Shown piece by piece: positions 22,685 to 35,901 of a DNA stretch of 64,000 bases. This DNA is from Haliotis rubra. Its lineage: Eukaryota. The notes below the pieces were generated by a model. It was not told the origin of the DNA. It was given only the letters and a program-made list of their open reading frames with translations, and did no database searches. Position 1 is the stretch's first letter, and every line of letters starts with the position of its first letter. The stretch is taken from NCBI RefSeq assembly GCF_003918875.1, contig NW_025766836.1, positions 682,001-746,000 of the forward strand, written 5' to 3'. Position numbers and translations under genes: made by a program.

Positions 22685-23095
22685 CTGCCAGGGAACAACA
22701 GTAGTGGTAGATATATCTGCTCCTTGCTCGAGTGACTTGAGAGCGCACACGCACACGCGCACACGCGCACACTCACACATTGTATTGTGGACAGTAGATA
22801 TATAGCCTTCACACTTTGTACCCACACAGGATACCCGTTTAGTTCGGGTTAGAATTGATCTTCAGCAACCCATGTGTGTCGTAAAAGGCGACAAACGGGG
22901 TCTGGTGGTCAGGCTTGCTGAGTTGGTTAACGCATGTCGTTGTATTCCAGTTGTCGATGCTCATGCTGTCGATTTCTGGATTGTCTGATCCAGATTCGAT
23001 TATTGACAGACAGCCGTCATAATTATAGCTGGATTTCTGCTGAGTGAGGCGTTAAACAACAAACAAAGGAGTAGAATTCAGCTGCGTTTACTTAC

Positions 23096-23288
23096 ACACT
23101 CTGAGAGACCAGAACCATCACACCTTTATAATCCTGCATGCCGAAGGAGAAACCAGAAGACCGGTTGAAGTGCTTGGGGTTAAAGATGCGCACATATCCG
23201 TCTGCGCACTGGTTACATCCTTGGTTACCGAACGTCTGGACCACGTGACACGGGTGAATACAGTGGTCCACTTCTTTGGGACATGGTG
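23096..23288 (-). CDS. R-spondin-like furin-repeat protein, exon 2
   Basis: gtgtttag acceptor, GT|GTAAGT donor. Open frame APCPKEVDHCIHPCHVVQTFGNQGCNQCADGYVRIFNPKHFNRSSGFSFGMQDYKGVMVLVSQS. Confidence 0.7.
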
Positions 23289-24334
23289 CTAAACACGATG
23301 AGAATAGTTATAGACGAATAGAAATGTAACTGACTTTGAAAATCAGTTCTTGGTGTCCGTTTACATAAATATGGCATTTGGTGTCAATGTATTGAACTTG
23401 TCTTGTTGGTTGTGTAAAGCCGCGCTCTGCAGTAGTCCAGCGGTATGACGGTTGTTTTTAAATAATCGAGTCTGGACCAGACAACCCAGTGATCAACAGC
23501 ATGAGCATCGAAAACAGACTCAGTTGGGAAACGATGACATGCATCAACTATCAAACGAGTCCCATCGATCCTGTATGTCGCCTCGTACGATTGGCATGGG
23601 TTGCGGGGCGTGAAGATCTTGGTTAGAATCGGTCTTCTGTAACCCATGCTTGTCGTAAGAGGCGACAGACAGGATCGATAGGACTAACGGGATCGGCTGG
23701 TTGACACATGTCATCGTATCCCAACTTTATAAATCTATGTTCATGCTGTTGGTGACTGGAGGGCCTTGTCAAGACTCGATTATTTACAGTCTTCGGCGTA
23801 AACAACAAACAAACATGGGATGCTTTAGACAGTTCTCATCCGGATCTTAACGGGGAAACTAGAATTGGGTTGCAGAAGAACAGCTCAACCAGGGTCTTCA
23901 CCAGTTACAACCATGAGTTGCTGAAAACCGGTTCTAATCCAGATCTTCACGAGGGACAACCATGACTTTCAGAAGACCGGTTCTAACCCGAATCTTCTTG
24001 GTGGGGACGTTTGTAATATCCGACTCGTCGTAATATACAAGGGAATTCCGGGTTTAGAATAGTTTCTAGTGACATGTTGGACATACTATTTCTGCGTGAA
24101 TCAAATACAAAACAATAAATAAAGGGACCGATGTTTTCCTGTATTATAATATGCGATCTACATTCTATAAACGAGGGCGAGTCGGGGCGAGTATATCGGT
24201 ATAAAATTAGGGTAAGAGTACAGACATGCGTGAGCCTGTAATAGAATATATACATCGAACTGAATCTTAAATATTTGATTTAAGAAACGTTACGTGTAAG
24301 TCGTCGGAAACAAGATAGTGCTTGCGTGTCTTAC

Positions 24335-24389
24335 CTTGTCCATGAACAGCTATGGTAAAGCCGACAATAAAGACAAAAGTCAAAATCAT
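24335..24389 (-). CDS. Secreted two-furin-repeat (R-spondin-like) protein, exon 1 (signal peptide MILTFVFIVGFTIAVHGQ)
   Basis: Hydrophobic signal with VHG-Q cleavage site. CAA G|GTAAG phase-1 donor. Confidence 0.7.
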
Positions 24390-24827
24390 TGCTGACTTTT
24401 TGGAACAATTAGACCATGAGCTTGTGACGAGGAGGGTCGAGAAGAGGACCCATGCTGTCAGCAAATATATTTCAAATTATCGACGTCATATATCGAGCGA
24501 GTTTGGTTTTACGCCGCTTTTAGCAATATTCCAGCAACATCACGGCGGGGGACACAAGAAATGGGCTTCACACATTGTACCCATGTGGGGAATCGAACCC
24601 GGGTCTTCGGCGTGACGAGCCAACGCTTTACCCACTTGGCTACCCCACCGCCCCCGAACGTCATATATGCTTCTGTGTGGTTCATTAGATTAAATATATG
24701 GGATATTTGGTGTAACAGTCGCTGTCTGTCACTACAATTTTAAACAAAACCATATTGATCTTGTAATATATATTCATGTACAGTGAAACCCGGGTAACTC
24801 CAAGGAACCATGGCTAAAGTTGCTACT

Positions 24828-24991
24828 GACTGACTGAGTTTGGTTTTACGCCGCTTTTAGCAATATTCCAGCAACATCACGGCGGGGGACACCAGAAATG
24901 GGCTGCACACATTGTACCCATGTGGGTATTCGAACCCGGGTCTTTGGCGTGACGAGCCAACGCTTTGACCACTAGGCTACCCCACCGCCCC
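24828..24991 (-). mobile_element. SINE family A copy
   Basis: 12-bp TSD aaagttgctact. Confidence 0.9.
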
Positions 24992-25511
24992 AAAGTTGCT
25001 ACTTATCGGTATTGCCACCTATCCATCCAAGCAAGTTGTATCACATTTCCAAGTAAAGTACATCTGGGAATTTGGTGATGGGCAAAACAGTGTTTGTGTA
25101 TTGTTTAACGCCGATATAACTGTTTAACAGAATGGGAATAATAACGTCGGAGCCAGACAAGCCAGTGGCTGATATTATGAGCAATACATATACATATATA
25201 CATGCAATCGGTGGATGTCACCGAAACTGTCCACGTGCTCAGTTAGTCGCGTCTTAGGACCAGCAGAGCTTTCTGGGGACCATTTCTAACCCGGAATCTC
25301 CACTGGATGCAAACTGGCACTGGCAGAGGTTCTATAATTTTCAGGAATCTGGAATCCTTATTCAAAGATCCTTTGCAATTAAAGAACATAGATGTATTTG
25401 GAGGTAGTGCATTTAAGACAATTAAATCAAGCAGTCTTTAATTTCTTTATATCATTCACAGCAAATCGCAGATGTCCATGTGCTGCTTAAATCCCACAGC
25501 GCAAATTAGAT

Positions 25512-25829
25512 GGACCACGTTCCTCAAAGCGATCGTAGCGCTGAGATGATCGTAACTCCCATAGACTTACGACTGTCGTAGCGCTACGATCGCCCTGAGG
25601 AACTAGGCCCTGGGTCTAGATTTTTGAAGCTCTCGTGGCGCTAAGATAGTCGTAAGTTACTGTTAATGTATGGCACTTACGACTATCTTAGCGCTAACAG
25701 AGCTTTGAAAATCTAGCCCAGAGCCTAGATTTTCGAAGCTCTCTTAGCGCTAAGATAGTCGTAAGTGCCATACCTTAACATTAACTTACGACTATCCTAG
25801 CGCTAAGAGAGCTTCGAAAATCTAGGCCC
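25512..25829. mobile_element. Three tandem about 100-bp palindromic Harbinger-like mini-MITEs
   Basis: Each unit is a hairpin built on tagcgctaagatagtcgtaag-like arms, with CTG/CAG junctions. Related remnant at about 63757-63830. Confidence 0.75.
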
Positions 25830-27724
25830 TGGTTCGGTAGCCTAGTGGTCGATCCAGATGTACATCGGGTTGCGACATACAGAGCAGTGACTGATTGAGT
25901 GAGTTTGGTTTCTCGTCGCTTTTCAACAGTATACAACAGTGAGACACCTGAAATGAGCCTCACAAATCTCAGTGTGACGAGCCAAAACTCTATCCACTGG
26001 GCCACCGTACTAGCAAACGAAGCCCCGATGAGGAAATACGGTAATCGCTCGGTTTAATGAGTTTTGTTTTTAAAACTGAACAAAAGGCCAGTGGGTGGAC
26101 TCCAGCCTGTAAATAGGCAAGGGTTTTCTTCCAAACAGATTTTGATGGTTTGCTATTTCAATTTTAACGCTGCATTACCATGACATCGAGCCTGACCACC
26201 TGATTCATTTAGTGGTCTCTTCCGACAATTCCCACCGGATACAATGACCTACACCAATGTCAGCTGATAGGATAACACACAGTACGATATCACTACATGT
26301 ATCCAGATCCCAACCATTTCATCCGAATATTGCAGAACTACAAAAGCAACCAGTATGCTTGTCACACACATCTAGAGCCTCAAGGTGAGTTCTGTCTTGT
26401 GAGATAAGAACACTGGGTCAGACATGGTAGCGGAATTTCTGGGATCGCGTGATTAACATGGCTGCTAAACATATTTTCCTGTTTGCTTGAAGTATTCTGG
26501 CAGCAGTCTTAAAGCTATATGGCAACTACCTTTAAGTAATCTGGGTCAGACAACCCACTAGCTTTGAGCAATATTCCAGCAATATCAGGGCAGGGGGATA
26601 CCAGAAATGGGTTTCACACATTGTACCCATGTGTGGAATCGAACCCGGGCCTTAGCCGTATGGAGCAAACGCTTTAACCACTAGGCTACCTCACCGACCC
26701 TGTACATATTAAAAGGTCCACAAAGACTTTTAAAACAGCACTCAGCAGCATTAAATATTCAAGTTTTTACTCTCAAATCGCTGAAATCATTAGATGCTCT
26801 GGCTCTCAGCCTGTGGTCATAGACTACTAACATACTGTTCTCAATAAAGCTGGTGACATCATATTGCTTCAGCTTCCTTAACACTGATTATACCTTTTTT
26901 CAACGTTTTCATTATTTAAATGGAAATGACGAAATATACAACAACCTTCTTGAAACTCAGACTTACACATTCTCTGTCCCTCATGCATGAATACTCAAGT
27001 CCCTTCCCACTTCACTTTTGTTTATGTTTTAACAAGAGGTGAAATGGATTTCAGCTCGGTATATGAGATATTATCATTTTGCAGAAAATTGACAAGAGCT
27101 AAACCTTACAGAAATGCATATATTTTGACAAATAGAAAAGGTTAAGAAAATGATGGTACAAAAACCGAAAATACCTAATTTTTTTATTGCATTAGGGTAT
27201 ACTGAACCGAAGGCAAAATACTGCGGTTCTACTAATACTGCGGTATACCATTTCGCCCCTCTTTTTAAGGCTGTACTCAGCAGTATTCCAGCTATATGGC
27301 AGATGTCTGTAAATAATCGAGTCTGGACCAGACAATCTAGTGACTGACATCATGGGCATCGTTCTACCCATATGGGTGAGGTGAGGTGAAATTGGGTTTT
27401 ACGTCGTGCTTGAGAATATTTCACTCATATGTGTATGTGTATGTGCGGTTGCTTGTACTAGCCCAGACTTAAGCTGGTTTTATAGTGCTAGCCCACTGAG
27501 ATACCATGCCGCGGTGAAGCATAAATACCCCACTCAGACACATTATACTGACTCCGAGCCGACCAGTCCTTGTACCCATTAATGCCGAGCGCCAGGCAGG
27601 AACCAACAAGTACCATATTTTAACGGGTTTTTTGTATGACGCGGTCTACGCATATGGGATAGGATGACATGTGTCAACAAAGTCAGCATGTCTGACCACC
27701 CAATCCTGTTAATCACCTCTTACA

Positions 27725-28070
27725 CAGTGTTCGAAATAGCCACTGGCCCACTAGCCCGTGGCTAGTAAAATCCAGTCGGGACAGTAAATCTCCATAGTCA
27801 CTGGCCCGAGTGGCTAGTGAATTTTCATGGAGTCACTTTGTAAATACATGTATAATTGTATATCACTCTCTCCGACTTGTTAAGTTATAATACACTTTTA
27901 AATCATGCAAGATTATGGCCTGATAAAAATGTTCATCATATTAGCAGCTTAATGATGAAACCCGTGGTTACATTCAAATTTCGGGCCAGTATATAATTTT
28001 GTGGGCTAGTAACTTTCAGGCATAGCTAGCCTATCTGGCTAGCAAAATTTGGAAACTATTTCGCACACTC
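27725..28070. mobile_element. hAT MITE nested in a family C SINE
   Basis: cagtgttcgaaatag ... ctatttcgcacactc with 8-bp TSD ctcttaca. Confidence 0.85.
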
Positions 28071-29467
28071 CTCTTACAACAAGCATGGGTTGTTGAAGAC
28101 CAATTTTAATCAGGATCTGTACGGGTCTATCTGATCAGAGAGAAGCAGCTGTGTACTTCTTCTCGGGTCTAAATACCAAAGACATAAACTGTTGTGAAAA
28201 TAGTTATTTAATCACCCAGTAATTGTAAAATCACAAAAGCATGTAAACAAAGTATATCTGGAATATATGAGTATCTACACTGCAAATGTTAAAACTCTGA
28301 ACACACAAAAGAGCATCTTGTTAAAAAAACATCTGACAAATAATATATGTAAAATGTGTCACATATTTTTAGTCGACATATATATTTGTGACCAACATTC
28401 TTCTTACATTATTTCTACAGATCAAGACATTCACAGTAATAGAAATCAAGTAATAATAATCATATACATTATCATGACCTTAACGGATGTGCCAAGACAT
28501 CTCATACTAATTTTCGAGATGCTGAATTATACTCAAATACAAAATAAACTTACTTATCAAACTACTACTAAATTCACATAAAACAATTCACATTCCCTTC
28601 ACCATGTACAAATTCATAGGTCCACTTTTAATAATCCCACTCTTCGAGTCACACTCTCGAATGTCTTTTTAGACTCCCTTGGAAGTATACTCCCTAAAGT
28701 TCCTTATTTGGCTTTAAAAGGTTTCAAGTCACAACAAAATCTCATCATATTATCATCATGTTGAGAACTTTCACATCTCGCTAACTCCTTTCATTGTCTT
28801 TCATCAATTTGAGATGAAGATAAACCAAGTGTGCCCTATTTGTTTGTTTGTAGCTTGATGTAAGGTATGTACGAGAACGTAGGACCACATCTTTCAAAGT
28901 ATGTTTAGCCTACAATAGTTTAGTTACCCCTTGTATATTGGTGAATTACTTTGGATTGCTAAAATTACATAAATCAGTGAGTGAGTTTAGTTTTATACCA
29001 CTTTTAGCAAGTTTCCAACAATAACGCTCCCGGGGACACCAGAAATGGGCTTCACACAATGTACCCATGTGGGGAATTGAACATGGGTCTTCGGCATGGC
29101 GGGCAAATGCTTTAACCACTAGGCTACCCTCCAGCCCACGTTATCGGGGCGTTTCAAACACTGTACAACTACACTGGAACTTGTTCCTGCAGTCACGCAC
29201 ACATTTAACAGAAAGAGGTTATTTGTTACCAAACAATTATTGAAAAAGAGACAGAACAGATTCTGCTCTTTAGACAAAATATGCAACATATTCTATTGTC
29301 ATGATCATGTTCATTCTTTCCTTTTGACTAAACAAAAGAAAAATCTAGTTCTAACAAAATTTGATCTACTGAAGTTTAGATGTTTGGATGCAGTAATCAT
29401 AAAGTGTTCTGATAAGAGTGTTCATAGTCTGCTTCCACATGTTTTGTTGTGACGTGTTACAGGCTTG

Positions 29468-29569
29468 TCAACCTCGTGGCTTTTTCACTGGGGGTTGTTT
29501 CTCCTTCTCAGTTCCAAGAACAGCAGTGTCTATCTGCCACAAGTCAATATTCTTGGCCTTGATAGCATT
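29468..29569 (-). CDS. TRIAP1: TRIAP1 exon 2 (81 aa total)
   Basis: ttgttcaccag acceptor. NAIKAKNIDLWQIDTAVLGTEKEKQPPVKKPRG* matches the 'AIK.K.I......LG..KE' C-terminus. Confidence 0.9.
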   Translation of the reverse strand, partial: NAIKAKNIDLWQIDTAVLGTEKEKQPPVKKPRG

Positions 29570-30131
29570 CTGGTGAACAAAACAGAAAATAACATCATGA
29601 AACAAACACGTCATACTCAGGTATATAGACACATCTTATGTTCTCTCATTAAATAATAAAAAGTGGCAACAATCTGCAAACACTATTTCTGTACTGGCTG
29701 CTAACTGAAGTAATATGATGGCGGGCTGTAAATATTTGACCACAGACCAGATAATTCAATAATTGATTTCACAGGCATTGACCCATGCAATTAAGATTCA
29801 ATTCAATCAACCAAGCCATGAGGCTAGATCACTTGATTCATTTAGGTTGCTCTGGTCCAATATTCTTACCCAGAATCCCGCCAGGTGTGAAATTGTAAAA
29901 TTCTGATAATTTCATAAAGGGGAGATAACTCTTTATCATTTCAACAAACACAGATGCCAACCTCACAGATGTGTAATTTTTAGAGAATGTTGATTTCAAA
30001 CTCATATGTGAGATAAAAGCTGTAAGATGGCATCATTTCCAGAACAAACACTCCATAGAAAATGGACAGGGAAAGAAACCTTTCAAAATTTCCCACTAGA
30101 CCACAGGACCAGTGAGTGGACAATAATTAGT

Positions 30132-30485
30132 CAGGGATTTACCTTTAGTCCTGTATTTGAGGGCCCCTGGGACTCATACTCTTAATTTTCAGGGGTCCTG
30201 GACAACAAAATTGGGGTCCAGATACTTTATTATTATCATTAATACTGTTATTGTATTGTGTATCATGATCATCACTTAATTATTACAGTAAATAAATTGC
30301 GTATGATACCATAACTCAGCTAGTAGCAAACTCAGTGATAACTTATTGTTAGTTGATTGGAATTTTTACAAAAAGTATTTGGACTTTTACTGCATCCCTG
30401 TGGATGCGCTAATAAATTTTGTTGCATCCATTGTCGATTTTTATGTGTATAGCACGCACAGGAATTCGCGTCCTGTAAATCCCTG
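30132..30485. mobile_element. hAT-like MITE nested in another hAT-like remnant
   Basis: cagggatttac ... gtaaatccctg, flanked by attagt. Confidence 0.6.
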
Positions 30486-31031
30486 ATTAGTGGTCCTGTC
30501 TGTAATTCACTGGTCCAAAGTAACATTCGTAGATTTACTTAACTATCAGTACAAAATTCACTGGCCACCAGGACCACTACAAACTTATCATTTTGCGGTC
30601 CTGATGAAATTTTACCAGCCAGGGACCACAGGACCAGCATACATTTCGCACACTGAATGGATCCATGGTCATAAAAGCACGGAGAGGTAAGACACTTGAT
30701 TATTGAGGATGCAGCCAACTGTAATAGTACACACCCTTTTACCAGCAGTGTTTGTCTGCAGCAGTCATCAAGTGTGCTTGTGCTATATGACAACAACCAG
30801 TAAATAATTGAGTCTGGACCAGACATTGATTGATATTGTAAGCAATGATCCACTTCATTCAGGCACAATGGCATCCATTGCAATTAGCCAAATCACTGAA
30901 GCCATAGCTCTTGATTCAGTTGGTTGCCTCTTAAAACCAGCATCAATTTGGGACCAAATGATTCATCAGTGTTACAGCTAGGTATTAGTGTTACCATCCT
31001 CTATATCCCTACAGCTCTCATTTGATTAAGA

Positions 31032-31350
31032 ACCGCTTCCGTGGTGTAGTGGTTAGAGCGTCCGCCCGGAGAGCGGAAGGTCACGGGTTCGATCCCCGAC
31101 CGCGTCATACCAAAAGACATTAAAATATGGTACTTGTTGGTCCCTGCCTGGCGTTCGGCATTAATGGGTACAATAAGGACTGGTCGGCTCGGAGTCAGTA
31201 TAATGTGTCTGAGTGGGGTATTCATGCTATAAAACCAGCTTAAGTCAGGGCTAGTACAAGCAGCTGCACATACACATACACACACATGCACGTCGTCATA
31301 TGAGCGAAATGATCTCAAGCACGACGTAAAACACAATTTCACCTCACCTC
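31032..31350 (+). mobile_element. SINE family B copy in the TRIAP1 intron
   Basis: TSD ctcat[t/c]tgattaa. Confidence 0.88.
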
Positions 31351-33186
31351 ATCTGATTAACCCGTGGTTATCACAGCTGTTAGCAGTTACCTGCCCTTTG
31401 TTTGGGGAACTAAAGAATCAGCATTGACATCTCGTAACTCACAGGGGCAACTTTTTTCAGTGAAAAGCTTTTGTTTTGCAATTGAGAGCTATCATCAGAA
31501 ATGTTTTAATAAGGGCCTACATACTAATTGACCTGGTGCCAATTCAACCCAGGAAGAGACACTGTAATTAACTGTGTCGTTAGCTACAGCTGTGAACTAC
31601 CTCAGTAATCATCAACTGTTGGAGTGGAATACATCATGCGAGTGAGTGAGTGAGTGAGTTGGGTTTTACGCCGCTTTTAGCAATATTCCAGCAATATCAT
31701 GGTAGGGGACACCAGAAATGGGCTTCACACATTGTACCCATGAGGGGAATCAAACATGGGCCTTCAGCGTTATGAGCAAACGCTTTAACCACTAGGCCAC
31801 CCCACCGCCCTCAGTGTGCTAGACATAAATCAAGTTTGTTTAAGCCTGCTCTCCTTTTGACAAGGGTTTAAAGGCTTGTTAATGGCTTGTTATTCTGATA
31901 AAGCTGGGTTTTATTGGACACAAAATAATGTGACCTATAAAACATATTAAGAATGAATGCAAATAAGTTCAATGCAATTCCTGGGTGATGCAAAAATTTG
32001 GTTGTTCATTAACACTGACCATAAATGTAAAGTGCATGTTTAACATTAACATGCATGGCATGTCTCCTCTGGTAGGAAATACTCTGTGGTTAGAATATAA
32101 ACAGTTAATACCCTCAATCAAACATTCAAACCTCCATCTAAACTAAGGGATCATTCATAATTCATGGCTAGGGGGGTGATGATGATTTTGAAGGGGGGGT
32201 CACCCATTTTGTTCTGGGGAGGTAGGGGGTTATACATTTTGTACACATGTTGTGAGGGGTGGGTGGGGTTCAGCAATTTTGCACATAGTATATATGAAAA
32301 AAATATGCTTAAACATTATGGTGGGAAAGGAGGGGATGGGTCATTGATTTTGTACATGACATGAGGGGGGGGGGAGATTGTACATTTGGGGGGCATTCCC
32401 ATTGTACATGCTTCTCCATAAAAATCATTATCACTCCCCATAGCCATAAATTATGAATGGTCCCCAAGTCTCTGACCATAGGTGAGGTGTCACTTTCCAC
32501 ACTATTTCTCTGTATCAGATGGTGACACATATTAACACAGTGCAACACGACATATTTAGCCAGGGGTAATATCAAAAACAGGTACAAAGGAAACATAGTT
32601 ATATAAGCACCATTCTAAGGTGTTGGTTGTACTACCAGGAACCATATATAGGATTATATTATCATATGCTCTCTGGTTGATGAGTGAGTGAGTTTAGTTT
32701 TTGGCCGCTTTTAGCAATATTCCAGCAATATCAAGGCAGGGGACGCCAGAAATGGGCTTCATACATTGTATCCATGTGGGAAATCGAACCTGGGTCTTTG
32801 GCACACAAACACTTTAACCACTTGGCTACCCCACCACCTCCTTCTGGTCGATGAATCATTACAGTATTTATGTAATGATTACAGTAAATAAACTAGCTGA
32901 AGTAAAATTTGTAACAAATCAGGCTTCATCAGAGGACACAGAACCTGATGCAAGACAGTAATTTCTGTAATCGTCCATAAAGGTGACCTGGGCGTGTTAG
33001 TTACTTCTAACCATGCTAATACCTTAGCAACTGGTGGAGGAGCCTGTCTACCTGTTGAGCCTTTCACAGCTCTCGGCTAATCCCAATTACTTTTCTGCAT
33101 AAATACGGCTAATTAGCCCAACTGATTGACTTGTGTGAGCCTGTTATCCGGTGATAAAGGATTTAGAATAAACATGATTGTTTTCA

Positions 33187-33372
<186 letters not shown>

Positions 33373-33410
33373 TCATCAGTCGCCACACGTTTACCCCCGC
33401 AGTGCAAAAA

Positions 33411-33423
33411 GGAAGTGACGTCA
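33411..33423. promoter_or_regulatory. Overlapping ETS-CRE motif in the TRIAP1/GATC bidirectional promoter
   Basis: GGAAGTGACGTCA, 50 bp upstream of the TRIAP1 ATG. Confidence 0.5.
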
Positions 33424-34008
33424 GAGCAGAATGTGGATTTCCCCTTCTATTTTAAAACATAAACACGCCGGGCGTCAATCCGTTGATGGCTGTCTGCCGA
33501 ACTACGCTCATTTAGCATCGACTGTATGGGCACAATATGCAAAATATTACAGTTTGACGTTGAAACTTCTGTGACGTACAGCTTCTAGTTCTTAACATTT
33601 CGGCAATGAAGACTGGTACCCTGTCTTTCGCCTCCTTGCGGTCGCTTACTGTGGCGAGGAGCGCAACCGCTTGAGGTCAAGAAAATCAATCTAAACATCT
33701 TCCTTGTTTATGTTACAACTTCCTGTAAAATAGTTATTGATATATTTTAATGCATTTGTGATTGATTTTTTAATTATTAAGATTGATTGCAAATGTCACA
33801 TTCCCTTTATTGTATTTAATTAAATGAAAGTAACTTATCATTTGTTTGAGTCCCAGTAAGCTGGGCCCCGTCTCACATATCGCAAGGTGGGCGCGCGCAA
33901 AGCGAGCCGGGAACCAGCTTACAGGGAACCATCACTATATTGTGCAGAGTTGTCTGCTCTTGACGAGACTGGAAAGGAAGAAGGTGGGAGAATAATAATA
34001 CATTGACC

Positions 34009-34086
34009 ATGATACGAAATTCTGCCCTTTTGTGCCAGCGTTGCTTGCGTCTCTCGAAGCCAGCGAAACGTCGCTTTGCATCGAAG
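34009..34086 (+). CDS. GATC: Glutamyl-tRNA(Gln) amidotransferase subunit C, mitochondrial, exon 1
   Basis: Arg-rich presequence with no acidic residues, MIRNSALLCQRCLRLSKPAKRRFASK. AAG|GTAG donor. Confidence 0.8.
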
Positions 34087-34420
34087 GTAGTTTTATATTG
34101 TTCCCATGCATCTAGACATCATCTTCAGCAGCTTGATTTTTGTCTCAGGCACCACAATGAAACATTAATAAAATCACCTCATAGTCATATTGTGACCAGA
34201 AATTGAAGTCCATGTTGTTCATGCTAACCAGGAATACGAAAACGTTTAAAGGCACAGACACAGCGTTTAAAGGCAGTGAATAGACATTTGTCTATTTTTT
34301 TTCTTTGACAGTTTGATGGTAATACCCAGGAATCGTTCTGAAAAAAAAAATTGATTAAAGATATAATTTTATGATCTAAAGTTCTACATATGTATTTTTA
34401 ATGTTTGATATTGTTTTTAG

Positions 34421-34471
34421 GTTCCTGAAAATCCAACATGGATTGAAATAGATCCAAAGAAGTTGCCAGAG
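34421..34471 (+). CDS. GATC: GATC exon 2
   Basis: ttgtttttag|VPENPTWIEIDPKKLPE|GTGAG, with the 'VP..P.W' motif of animal GatC. Confidence 0.8.
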
Positions 34472-34749
34472 GTGAGCATTTGTTCTAGAATTTACACCAC
34501 AAAAAGTCTGTTACCAAATTTGCTGTTTGTAAAGGATATGGACTTTGATTGACTCATAAATACATGTTGATCTTTCAAATTCACCCGTCCATTTTTTTTA
34601 TGTCAAAACCTACTGAATCAGATCAGATTACACTCACCAAATAGACTGCCCAAAATGGGTTCAAATATATGTAATTTTACTCTTTCAATATCACAAACAT
34701 GAGATATAAACGTAATATCCATGTTGACATAGTGTATCTGTTGGTGCAG

Positions 34750-34919
34750 GTTCCTAAGATCAGCAAGGAGTTGGTGGAGCAGTTGGAAAGACTGTCATTG
34801 GTTGAGTTCACTAATGAAGAGGGTATCGCATGTCTCTCCGCTGCTATCCAATCTGCCAACATTCTCTACATGGTGAACACAGATGGCGTCGAACCTCTAG
34901 ACACAGTTCTAGAAAACAG
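34750..34919 (+). CDS. GATC: GATC exon 3
   Basis: LERLSLVEF...L..AI..A..L..VNTDGVEPL.TVLE GatC core. AG|GTAC donor. Confidence 0.92.
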
Positions 34920-34931
34920 GTACCTTGCTAT

Positions 34932-35901
34932 TAGTGTGCGAAATAGCCACTGGCCCCCTAGCCTGTGACTAGTAAAAATCCAGTCGAGCCAGTAAATCTC
35001 TACACAACTGGCTAGTGAGTTTTCATGGGGTCACTTGTAAAAATATCACTCTCTCCAACTTGTTAAGTTATAATACACTTTTAAATCATGCAAGATTATG
35101 GCCTGATAAATATTTTCATCATATTAGCAGCTTTATGATGACTTACTTAAAGGCCGGGGCACAAACCTCCAAATCCCCCCATGTGTTTCCAAATAGTTTC
35201 CCATTTGCTACTCCTCAGCAGTGAAGATGTTATCAGCCCGTGAGTGACAAGACTGTAACAGCTATGGGTGCCTGGCAAGAGCCTGGCGATGTCAAAGGTT
35301 ATCCTTGGAATTTACTACTAGAATAAACATATGCCTTAGGGATGGGGGCATTTTCCCAGCCTGCCTGAAATATGAAACCCTGAATGAAACATTTCCCCCA
35401 CTCATAGGCTTGTTTCTATGGAAATGCACCTCCTCTGGCCACCTGACTTACACAGTGGGAAATTCAAATCTGGATTAAAAATGAGAAATATATTTTAAAA
35501 TGTATGTTTTGTAGACTCTCTGCATCCATTTATTTTTGCTGTAAGTCTTCATAACATACTTCTTTATACTATGACTTAATATCAGCCTGAACCGGTGAGT
35601 CAGTTTTGTGATATTTCATTGAATGTACTTGAATACTGCATTGCTTTGCATCAAAAGACAGCTTTGACACCAAGGAGGCCACACCCCATCGTGTGTATAG
35701 GTTTGAACCCCGGCCTTTAAGTTATTTGAGCATAAACAAAATATTTGAGTGTTTTCTTATTTGTTTTGGATGGTATTTTACCTTTTTGTAATCTTTTGCT
35801 GCATTCAAATTTCATGCTAGTGAATTAGTTTGTGGGGTAGTAACTTTCAGGCATTGCTTGCCCGACTGCCTAGCAACATTTGGAAACTATTTTGCACACT
35901 G
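34932..35901. mobile_element. hAT MITE (27725 family) containing a Kolobok-like insertion at 35151-35716
   Basis: tagtgtgcgaaatag ... ctattttgcacactg. Inner ttaa|aggccggggc ... ccccggcct|ttaa. Confidence 0.8.
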
